A stretch of 64,000 nucleotides of DNA. It comes from Gemmatimonadota bacterium (lineage in GTDB: Bacteria; Latescibacterota; UBA2968). Positions 56,797 to 64,000 of the stretch are shown here, piece after piece. The notes below the pieces were generated by a model, which saw only the letters and a program-made list of their open reading frames with translations, had not been told where the DNA came from and did not search any database. The DNA is taken from positions 4,468 to 68,467 of the forward strand of contig JAPOXY010000024.1 of assembly GCA_026706845.1 (NCBI GenBank). The letters run 5' to 3'. A program made the translations under genes and the position numbers. Position 1 is the first letter of the stretch, and every line of letters begins with the position of its first letter.

Positions 56797-58566
56797 TCAC
56801 CCCATCGCAAACCGCAAACAGAAGTCTTGCGATAGTTTTTCAGGCGTAAAAATCACGCGCGTGACCACCTCATCAGTGCGCCCCTCTTTTGATTCCTCTT
56901 CAAACCGCTTGACCGAAAATGCGCCCGGTGTATCCACTGCAGAAAGTATAATACCCTCGCCTTTGGGACCAATCTGAACCGAATCCCCGGTAACTTGCAC
57001 ATCCTCAAAAGTAATAAACCCCTCCTCCAGCGTCTGCGGCACACTGTCAAACACATAGCGATCTTCCATCGTCAGAACATTCTCATCCAGCACAAAGGTG
57101 CGCGTCAGACCCTTCACCGTACCCTCGGGATACGCCTGCGTCATATCTATCACCGCGCGTTTTTCGTCCTCGCCATTCAAATTCTCCACCTCCAGCGTAC
57201 CGAAATACTCGCCGCCGGGCTGCTGCAACTGCCCATTAATCACGGGCACAGAATGGCCCAGCGCATTGCAAAACAGAATATCGTAGCGATCGGGACCAAA
57301 AGTCTTCTGGCTATAAACAGGACCCGCGGGATCCGTCAACCAGAGCGCATCCCCGCGATGCACAATAAAACTGCCGATATCGTTGTGATTGTGAGGTACC
57401 CCATTATTCCCCGCCAAACACATCAGCGTCAACTGATCTTTCCCGGGCGTCCCCCGCAACTTCGCCTGTCCCAAATCGGGCAAAACATAATCCCGCTCAT
57501 CCGCCTCTGCCTTCACCTCAAACCCGGAATACATCGCCAGACTGTGCATATCCCGCACCTTCAAAGTATTATCCGAATGCTTATCGCACAGGGCGTACAA
57601 TTCGGGCATATTAAAAAACGCATTGACAATCATAGCAGACCGCGCTCCCGTATATCCGTGGCTCGAATCCGCAAACGTCGAACGCAACGCACCCTGAATA
57701 TGCGCCGCAAGCGGGTACTCGCATATCCGCTGGATTTTGCCAGTCTCATCCACCATCAAATTCAATTCCCCATTGGTCTTCAAAAACAGAGCATAGGCAA
57801 CGTACAAAAAATGCCCAAAACCGTATTCCCAATATCCCGGCCCCTCTTCGCACCCGCCATCATCCGTAAAGCCATCTATCGCATACGTCAAATTCACAAT
57901 CGCCGCGTGGGTCATATGAGCCAGCACCACGGGATCCTCAATCTGATACAGCGCGGCGCGGATAATCTCGCCATTGCAAACGTGATTCCAATTCATCCGC
58001 ACAGTCTTCCAGAAATCCAGATGCCTATAATTCCAGAACGGCTCAAAAATATGCTCCTCAATCTTCCGCGAAACGCGCTCTACCACTTCTTCTTCCAGTT
58101 GATCACCCAGAACGTGCAAAATTTCTTCAAACGCAGCACCTAACGCAGCCGATCCCAGATCAATAGCCCGACCTTCGTGTGCAGCCATCACCCACGTGTG
58201 ATCGTCGCAATACGCCCAGAGCAAATCCTGCAAATAATCCACATCGGCATTGGGATGTCCCAGCCACAAAGCCATCGCTGCCCGCTCCAACTCGCGCCTG
58301 CGATTGCCCGCCACAGCCTGTGGCAAATTGCGATCTCCAACCCGCTGATAATTGCGAAAAGCCGACCGCTTCAACACGGGAATCTCCCGGCTCCCATCCA
58401 GATTCTCGCTCAAATCATCCCACACCCCATTCTTCTTCGCCAACCCCCTCGCCCGCTCCACCGCCTCTGCATCTTTGAGATACGGCGCAGGTGACCGATC
58501 TGCATTTCGCTCGTAAATCTCCGCCAGATCGGACATCGCAACATCCCTCAGCAACATCTTCACCAT
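56797..58566 (-). CDS. Heparinase II/III-family protein
   Basis: The C-terminal motif GVPHNHNDIGSFIVH is characteristic of the heparinase II/III-like domain. An alpha/alpha-toroid-like N-terminal half is also present. No obvious signal peptide. Confidence 0.7.
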   Translation of the reverse strand: MVKMLLRDVAMSDLAEIYERNADRSPAPYLKDAEAVERARGLAKKNGVWDDLSENLDGSREIPVLKRSAFRNYQRVGDRNLPQAVAGNRRRELERAAMALWLGHPNADVDYLQDLLWAYCDDHTWVMAAHEGRAIDLGSAALGAAFEEILHVLGDQLEEEVVERVSRKIEEHIFEPFWNYRHLDFWKTVRMNWNHVCNGEIIRAALYQIEDPVVLAHMTHAAIVNLTYAIDGFTDDGGCEEGPGYWEYGFGHFLYVAYALFLKTNGELNLMVDETGKIQRICEYPLAAHIQGALRSTFADSSHGYTGARSAMIVNAFFNMPELYALCDKHSDNTLKVRDMHSLAMYSGFEVKAEADERDYVLPDLGQAKLRGTPGKDQLTLMCLAGNNGVPHNHNDIGSFIVHRGDALWLTDPAGPVYSQKTFGPDRYDILFCNALGHSVPVINGQLQQPGGEYFGTLEVENLNGEDEKRAVIDMTQAYPEGTVKGLTRTFVLDENVLTMEDRYVFDSVPQTLEEGFITFEDVQVTGDSVQIGPKGEGIILSAVDTPGAFSVKRFEEESKEGRTDEVVTRVIFTPEKLSQDFCLRFAMG

Positions 58567-58592
58567 ATTTCACCTCTCAAAAATAACACAGC

Positions 58593-59864
58593 CTACCCAA
58601 ACCGATCCACTATCAGTGCAGACAGATCAATAGAAGGCACTTCATCGGAAACCAGTTCTGCCACCAGCTTTCCGGTAACAGGACCCAGAGAAATGCCGAT
58701 CATCGCATGACCGGCAGCCACGATCACATTCTCAAACCCGGGAGCGCGGCCGAGAAATGGCACACCATCGGGCGTGCAGGGCCGCAAACCGCACCAAATT
58801 TCTATCATCTCGAGATAATCGGGATTCAAATCGGGAAAATAGTCGGGCACAGCTCTGAGAATAGCCTGCACGCGCCGCTGATTGATCGAAAAATCGAGAC
58901 CTGCCAATTCGAGCGTACCCGCAAACCGCAGCATATCACCCATAGGCGTAATACCGACCTTTGCTTCCCCCAGAGAAAATGGCGTCGTCGGACAAACATC
59001 AGGCCGCTTAAAAGTAATACTATACCCCTTGGCAGGTTGAATCGGCAAATCGATATGAAGATCCTTGGCAATCACAGGCGACCACGACCCACCCGCCAAA
59101 ATAACGTGCTCAGCCCGGAAATCCCCCCGATTCGTCTTCACAGCAACCACGCGACCGCGCGAAGTCTTAAACCCCAGAACCTCTGTCTCCCTATGGATCC
59201 GAACACCCTTTCCACCCACGTAATGCGCCAACCCACGCACAAAGCGGTGCGGCACGAGATGGGCATCCTCGGGAAAAAATATCCCACCAATCGCCCGTAT
59301 CCGAATGCCGGAATTTAATCCCACCATCTCATCGGCATCGAGAACCCGCGTCTCAACCCCCACCTCCGACAAAAAACGCGCGTCCTTAACCGCCTTTGCC
59401 AAACCCCTCTCAGTTCTATATGCCGTGATCGTCCCCCTCTTCTCAAACCCAAAATCCATGCCCTCGAGCGCTACCATCTCTTCAAACAACGCCACACTCG
59501 CCATATTCATCGCCCGAATAACAGGCGTTGCCCTCGCAACATGCTTCTCATTACATGCACGGCGAAAATGCCACAACCAGGAAAACAAATCCCGGTCCAA
59601 ACGCGGCTTAATATAAAACGGACTCTCTGGGTTCAACATCCACTTCAGACTTTGAAACACCACCCCCGGAGCTGACAGAGGTATGCTGTGACTCGGCACA
59701 ACAAGCCCCCCATTCCCATACGAACACCCCGAACAAATATCGCCTTTATCAACCAGCGCGACATCTCTACCCGCAGCATTTAAATAATAAGCCGAGCAAA
59801 CACCGATTGCCCCACCGCCAACAATCAATATTTCTGCCTGTTCACTCATCTGTATAGACCTCAA
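58593..59864 (-). CDS. FAD-dependent oxidoreductase (D-amino-acid dehydrogenase-like)
   Basis: ILIVGGGAIGVCSAYYL dinucleotide-binding motif, with a layout parallel to DadA (KWMLNPESPFYIKP). The start may be the internal ATG at 59849. Confidence 0.8.
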   Translation of the reverse strand: MRSIQMSEQAEILIVGGGAIGVCSAYYLNAAGRDVALVDKGDICSGCSYGNGGLVVPSHSIPLSAPGVVFQSLKWMLNPESPFYIKPRLDRDLFSWLWHFRRACNEKHVARATPVIRAMNMASVALFEEMVALEGMDFGFEKRGTITAYRTERGLAKAVKDARFLSEVGVETRVLDADEMVGLNSGIRIRAIGGIFFPEDAHLVPHRFVRGLAHYVGGKGVRIHRETEVLGFKTSRGRVVAVKTNRGDFRAEHVILAGGSWSPVIAKDLHIDLPIQPAKGYSITFKRPDVCPTTPFSLGEAKVGITPMGDMLRFAGTLELAGLDFSINQRRVQAILRAVPDYFPDLNPDYLEMIEIWCGLRPCTPDGVPFLGRAPGFENVIVAAGHAMIGISLGPVTGKLVAELVSDEVPSIDLSALIVDRFG

Positions 59865-61297
59865 CCCGCGCGATGGTCCAAAACGACCTCTCTCAGTTCA
59901 GCCACGACCTCCCCATAGGCGGGATCTTCCACGCAATTATTTAACTCGCCCTGATCTCTCGCCAGATCGTACAACTCACAGGGCGTCCCCGTTGGAACAT
60001 GCAGCGTAAAGCGATAGCCTTCATTCCGCACCCCGGTCCAATCCTCAATCGTCGAAAACACGTACTCATACCTCCCAGAACCGCGTTCCAACATCGGCAA
60101 CAGTGATTGCCCGCGGGCACCCTCCGGCGGTGTCACCTGCCCAATCTCTGCGATTGTCGAAACCACATCAATCAACTGCGTGAGATCGCCACAAACCCCT
60201 CTGTTCTTGCGGTCCGGTGGACTGACAATCAGCGGAACCTGAACCGAGCCCTCGTAAAAACAGTGCTTTGCCCACAAATGGTGTTCGCCGAGCATCTCGC
60301 CGTGGTCCGCGCTGTAAATAATCCACGTATTGTCCAGTTCCCCCAACGCATCCAGCGTATCAATCACCTCGCCAATCTTCTGATCAACCAGAGAAACAGC
60401 ACCCAGATAATGCCTGATGCCCTCGCGCACAAAATCATCCGTCATCGTCTGAACCTGAGAATGCGCCTTGAGCCGTTTGACCTTTTCTGCCCAAACCTCA
60501 TTCGTAGCGCTCGGCATCGTCATATTCGGCAATTCGATATCGGCATCTGCATAATAAGCCGCCCAAATCGGATCATCCATCAGCGGAACATGCGGCTGCA
60601 CAAAACCCAGATGAAGATAAAACGGCTTCTCGGAATCGCGCGATTGCAACCAATCCATCGCGTGATCGGCAATAAAACTGGATAACTCGCATTCCTGGGG
60701 CAACACACTCGTCTCGCCCCGCCAGTGCGTGGGCGTAAGCCTGTAAATCCCCCGGATCTGTTCCTGATGCGCCTTTAGGAGACCCCGTTCCTCAAGAAAA
60801 TCCATATACGGACTTTTCACATGGCTCTGAACATGTCCATACCGGTCGTATTCCTCCATCACATAATCCCACCCAAAACCCTTCACAAAATCTCCAAACT
60901 GCCGCGTATCGAAACGCTCCCCGCGTTCTCCCGCCTCCTGAGAACCGGGCCGACCGTGATAATGCGTCTTGCCAATCGACGCGGTCTCATACCCCCCGCC
61001 CTGCAACTGCTTCATAATCGTCGGCCATGCGGACTTAAAAGGACTATCATCAACCGTATCCCCGCGATCAGCCGTAACATTAGACGTAAACCCCAGTTCA
61101 TGCGTATATCGCCCCGTAATCATCGTAGCCCTGCACGGCATACAAACCGGACACTGCGTCCACGTCCGCTCAAAACGCATACCCCAATCCGTTAGTCGAT
61201 CCAGATTCGGCGTCTGGACTAGCGGATGCCCGGCGCAGCCGAGCACATCGTGACGGTGTTGATCGCTAAAAATGAACAGAATATTTGGTTGTTTCAT
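59861..61297 (-). CDS. Sulfatase-family protein
   Basis: PNILFIFSDQHRHDVLG and the canonical C-M-P-C-R-ATMITG formylglycine motif. ATG at 61297 with a GGGGAG RBS; the ORF-track start at 61417 overlaps the M48 gene. Confidence 0.9.
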   Translation of the reverse strand: MKQPNILFIFSDQHRHDVLGCAGHPLVQTPNLDRLTDWGMRFERTWTQCPVCMPCRATMITGRYTHELGFTSNVTADRGDTVDDSPFKSAWPTIMKQLQGGGYETASIGKTHYHGRPGSQEAGERGERFDTRQFGDFVKGFGWDYVMEEYDRYGHVQSHVKSPYMDFLEERGLLKAHQEQIRGIYRLTPTHWRGETSVLPQECELSSFIADHAMDWLQSRDSEKPFYLHLGFVQPHVPLMDDPIWAAYYADADIELPNMTMPSATNEVWAEKVKRLKAHSQVQTMTDDFVREGIRHYLGAVSLVDQKIGEVIDTLDALGELDNTWIIYSADHGEMLGEHHLWAKHCFYEGSVQVPLIVSPPDRKNRGVCGDLTQLIDVVSTIAEIGQVTPPEGARGQSLLPMLERGSGRYEYVFSTIEDWTGVRNEGYRFTLHVPTGTPCELYDLARDQGELNNCVEDPAYGEVVAELREVVLDHRAG

Positions 61298-61352
61298 AAA
61301 CTCTCCCCAGAACCCTTTAAGACCACCTATAAACAAGTATAAATTGTGTCTC

Positions 61353-62459
61353 CTATTTTGGCCTTCTGGCGCACATCTTCTGAATCTCTGACCAGTCGGT
61401 ATCTGGTAAGAGGGCAACAGATTCGTAATCGCTCTGGTCAGCTATCTGCTTCAACCTTTCAATGCGTTCCTCGGTGCGTGGATGAGTTGATACATAGCTC
61501 AAAAAACGGGGAATATCTCCCACTTCTTTTTTCAGTGTTTCAAAAAACACAACCATGCCTTTGGGATCAATTTTGGCCTTCTGAAGCATTTGCATGCCTT
61601 TTTGATCGGCTTCGGCTTCATCTTGACGGCGGAAGCGCAACCCGCCCAATGTATGCACTGTTTCAAGCGCGTAGTGCAGCCCCCCCGCATCTCCCGACAG
61701 GGCAGAGAGAAGCATGCCAATTGACAATTCGCGGAGAATTGCCCGCGTTGAATGGCGCTGAAGGATGTGTTGAATTTCGTGTGCAAGCACAGCGGCGAGT
61801 TCCTCGGGCGATTTGGTTTTTTTGAGTAATCCATCGTGTATGACAATATATCCGCCAGGCGCTGCAAAGGCGTTGATAATTGGATCTCGCTTTAAAATAA
61901 TATGCATATGGTAGGGGGATGACTGTTCGGTTTTCAGGAGCAAATCGGCAATACCTTCAATGGCTTTCTGACAATCTGGATCGTCAATTCGCCTATTTTC
62001 GGGAGCAAGCAATGAAACGACCTGAGCACCGAGTTCTTCCTCCCAGCGGACGGGCAAATAAACCACCACAAGATCCGTTAGCGTTGGAATGCCACGAAAA
62101 TAGAACACCAGACCGATGACAATAATTGCCACAGCAGATAGCACGGTGAGTGCCGTTCTGTGCCTGCGGAAACGCGGATTGTGAAAACTACTGCGATTCG
62201 GTGCAATATAGTGAATAGCCTGAAGAAAAACGGGATCGTCAACAACGAGCATTTCATCCCCTTTTTCCAGGCGCACCTGTTCACCCGTATAAGTACCCTG
62301 AGACTGCCGGATCTGATGAAAATACCAGTGGAAAACGGTACCATCGATCTTTGCAATCTCAAGTCCCGCATTGGAAATAGTGATGGAAACACGATGGGGG
62401 GTCGTACTATACCCGTCGAAATAGCGACCATCCCATCTGTCCTGTCGCAATGTGTCCAC
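61353..62459 (-). CDS. M48-family zinc metallopeptidase with an N-terminal cytoplasmic domain and a TM segment
   Basis: HEIQH (HExxH) motif, downstream EAEAD, and one TM segment (ALTVLSAVAIIVIGLVFYF). A GTG start shares 1 nt with the upstream stop (TAGTG). Confidence 0.85.
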   Translation of the reverse strand: MDTLRQDRWDGRYFDGYSTTPHRVSITISNAGLEIAKIDGTVFHWYFHQIRQSQGTYTGEQVRLEKGDEMLVVDDPVFLQAIHYIAPNRSSFHNPRFRRHRTALTVLSAVAIIVIGLVFYFRGIPTLTDLVVVYLPVRWEEELGAQVVSLLAPENRRIDDPDCQKAIEGIADLLLKTEQSSPYHMHIILKRDPIINAFAAPGGYIVIHDGLLKKTKSPEELAAVLAHEIQHILQRHSTRAILRELSIGMLLSALSGDAGGLHYALETVHTLGGLRFRRQDEAEADQKGMQMLQKAKIDPKGMVVFFETLKKEVGDIPRFLSYVSTHPRTEERIERLKQIADQSDYESVALLPDTDWSEIQKMCARRPK

Positions 62460-63454
62460 TACAAGAGCCCCAAATCGATATCCAGAAATTCCGTATCCAG
62501 AAAATCAGTCATGCCTTCTCCAGTAGCCGAGGCATCCCGTGCGTCTTGCTCAATGGCATCGAGGTCGAGATCCCCTTCAAGAAGAATCCGTTCAAAAGTG
62601 AATCGCGCACTGCGCACAAGCACCCAGGGCTGCGCCAATCCCAGCGTGAAGATAAGCAACAGACCATTGACGAGGTGAAACACAAAAAGATCACCGCCCA
62701 ACATGGTGGAGCGAAATTGCGCTGTTGAAAATGTCGTGCGTGACCAAAAATATCTGTGCCGAGTGGCAGCATACCAGAAGGGATAAATCCCCAGTGTGGG
62801 AATGGCCAGAACGATGGCCCAAAAATTGCCCCAAAACAAATCTCGACCATTGCCATCAAAGTGGAATTGAGCATTGCCAAAATAAGATTGATTGACCAGG
62901 AATTTTCGAAGGCGCACTTCAAAATAGGGACTGTAAAAGCCCAATGTGATCAGAGTAAGAAACATGCCGGGGAAATAGATGCGGAAAAATTCGCGCGTAT
63001 GGCCTCTAAAAGAAAAGCGAATCCCCCGCCACGACGTACGACTCAACTTGTAACGCCAAGCACCGACAATGGCAACGGGGAAAAGCAAAAAGAAGATACC
63101 AAAATATAAGATAATCGTGCCGATGATCTGTGAGGTAATGCTTTTACCGAAAAGCTGTATGCCAAAGGAGATCCCGCCGATCACAATCATAAAACCCATT
63201 GCTTTCAGCCAGCCTATAAAAAGTTCTTTGCCAATACCGTGATATGCAAAGCGGTCGCCTTCAAATTCGGTCTGGCTGTGCATGTAGTTTCGAACCCTGA
63301 CTTTACCCCAGAAATAGTAGATACCCAGCGTGATGATCGCGAGCAAAATATTCACGATATGAATGCCAAATAAAGAACCGCCCTGACCGTGAAACGATAG
63401 CTGTCGCGTAATGGTCGGTCCCCCACCTAATGATTGTTCGGTTGACTCTGCCAT
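62459..63454 (-). CDS. DUF898/YjgN-family polytopic membrane protein
   Basis: The repeated pattern F.G.G..LF.I...N.LL...TLG.Y..W occurs twice (FHGQGGSLFGIHIVNILLAIITLGIYYFW and FDGNGRDLFWGNFWAIVLAIPTLGIYPFW), typical of YjgN-like proteins. Confidence 0.75.
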   Translation of the reverse strand: MAESTEQSLGGGPTITRQLSFHGQGGSLFGIHIVNILLAIITLGIYYFWGKVRVRNYMHSQTEFEGDRFAYHGIGKELFIGWLKAMGFMIVIGGISFGIQLFGKSITSQIIGTIILYFGIFFLLFPVAIVGAWRYKLSRTSWRGIRFSFRGHTREFFRIYFPGMFLTLITLGFYSPYFEVRLRKFLVNQSYFGNAQFHFDGNGRDLFWGNFWAIVLAIPTLGIYPFWYAATRHRYFWSRTTFSTAQFRSTMLGGDLFVFHLVNGLLLIFTLGLAQPWVLVRSARFTFERILLEGDLDLDAIEQDARDASATGEGMTDFLDTEFLDIDLGLL

Positions 63455-63498
63455 AGTTCCTCCTAAAATAGGTTGAATACACTCACACAGGCATCTTC

Positions 63499-63981
63499 CT
63501 ACCTGAAATTGCGCGACCGATTCGCGCGTGATTCTTCCTGTTTTCGCTTCTCAAGCACCGCTTCAGCGTGATGCACAAAAGCATAAGGGACACTTTCCGT
63601 AAAAATCTGTTCTATACATAGCGGATCTTCCCTGTCATCAAGCAGATAAGGATCGGCGATTTCCAAGATCGCGACAAGTATTGCCCATTGATGTGCTGGC
63701 TTAGCGTATGAAAATTCTTCAAGAAGTGTATAGACCATTTGCTCCCGACGCTGACGTTCTAGCGCATCTAACGCAACGCGGCGGACATTTAACAATCTAT
63801 CATGTTCATGTTCGGCGAGACGGCCCAACGCTTCAGTGATCTCAGGAATGAGTAACCATCCCGCCACCTCGGCTACGGATTCTCGTCCGCTACTCAATGC
63901 AATAGACATTCGCTCGACGATAGATGGAGCAACAATTGTTGGGTCAAGCCGGCGTAATGCCCGTCCCACCGCAGGAATCAA
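63499..63981 (-). CDS. Hypothetical helical-repeat protein (possibly HEAT-like); the N-terminus may lie beyond the window end
   Basis: An ORF with helical-repeat character (AVGRALRRLDP, ITEALGRLAEH, RRVALDALER). No catalytic motif. The upstream boundary is uncertain. Confidence 0.4.
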   Translation of the reverse strand: MIPAVGRALRRLDPTIVAPSIVERMSIALSSGRESVAEVAGWLLIPEITEALGRLAEHEHDRLLNVRRVALDALERQRREQMVYTLLEEFSYAKPAHQWAILVAILEIADPYLLDDREDPLCIEQIFTESVPYAFVHHAEAVLEKRKQEESRANRSRNFR

Positions 63982-64000
63982 GGACTTCCTTTCGATTGTA

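Noticed and set aside
54998-61417. ORF-track N-terminal extensions of minus-strand genes (to 53894, 55029, 56164, 56810 and 61417)
   Set aside because: Each extension overlaps the preceding gene. Each lacks an RBS, whereas an internal ATG with a purine-rich RBS begins the conserved domain.

Overview
This 64-kb window is a densely coded chromosomal segment of about 60 protein genes. I saw no rRNA, CRISPR array, transposase or integrase. The host is a diderm bacterium, judged from ExbB/ExbD, an Omp85-type barrel and proteins ending in a C-terminal Phe. The phylum cannot be fixed from sequence alone. The gene content (two sulfatases, a heparinase II/III-like protein, Gfo/Idh/MocA oxidoreductases, two PhyH-family dioxygenases, TIM-barrel sugar isomerase) suggests a sulfated-polysaccharide-degrading, probably uncultivated lineage; this is inference. 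Recognisable housekeeping genes are guaB, thiL, thiI, a His6-type hisA homolog, an S1-domain protein, copA, a LysM amidase, a YbdK-type ligase and inositol-3-phosphate synthase. Five things deserve a second look. (1) Two tandem tRNA-like genes at 51904-52098 have an 8-bp acceptor plus 4-bp T-stem geometry, a long variable arm, discriminator G and encoded CCA, but no canonical 7-nt anticodon loop. (2) A translationally coupled operon at 14578-19063 encodes an ECF sigma, an anti-sigma, a caspase-like protease with an outer-membrane-type C-terminus, and an Omp85-like barrel. (3) A co-directional 9.6-kb envelope-stress block at 27837-37503 starts with a near-consensus sigma-54 promoter. It contains pspA, three PspB-like paralogs, a second ECF sigma, NfeD/flotillin, a TPR histidine kinase, a sigma-54-dependent response regulator and a membrane PP2C phosphatase. 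(4) A promoter-to-terminator structured RNA leader sits upstream of guaB. (5) An eight-gene minus-strand sulfatase/heparinase-like catabolic operon runs from 52101 to 61297. All functional calls rest on motif recognition by eye; no database search was run.
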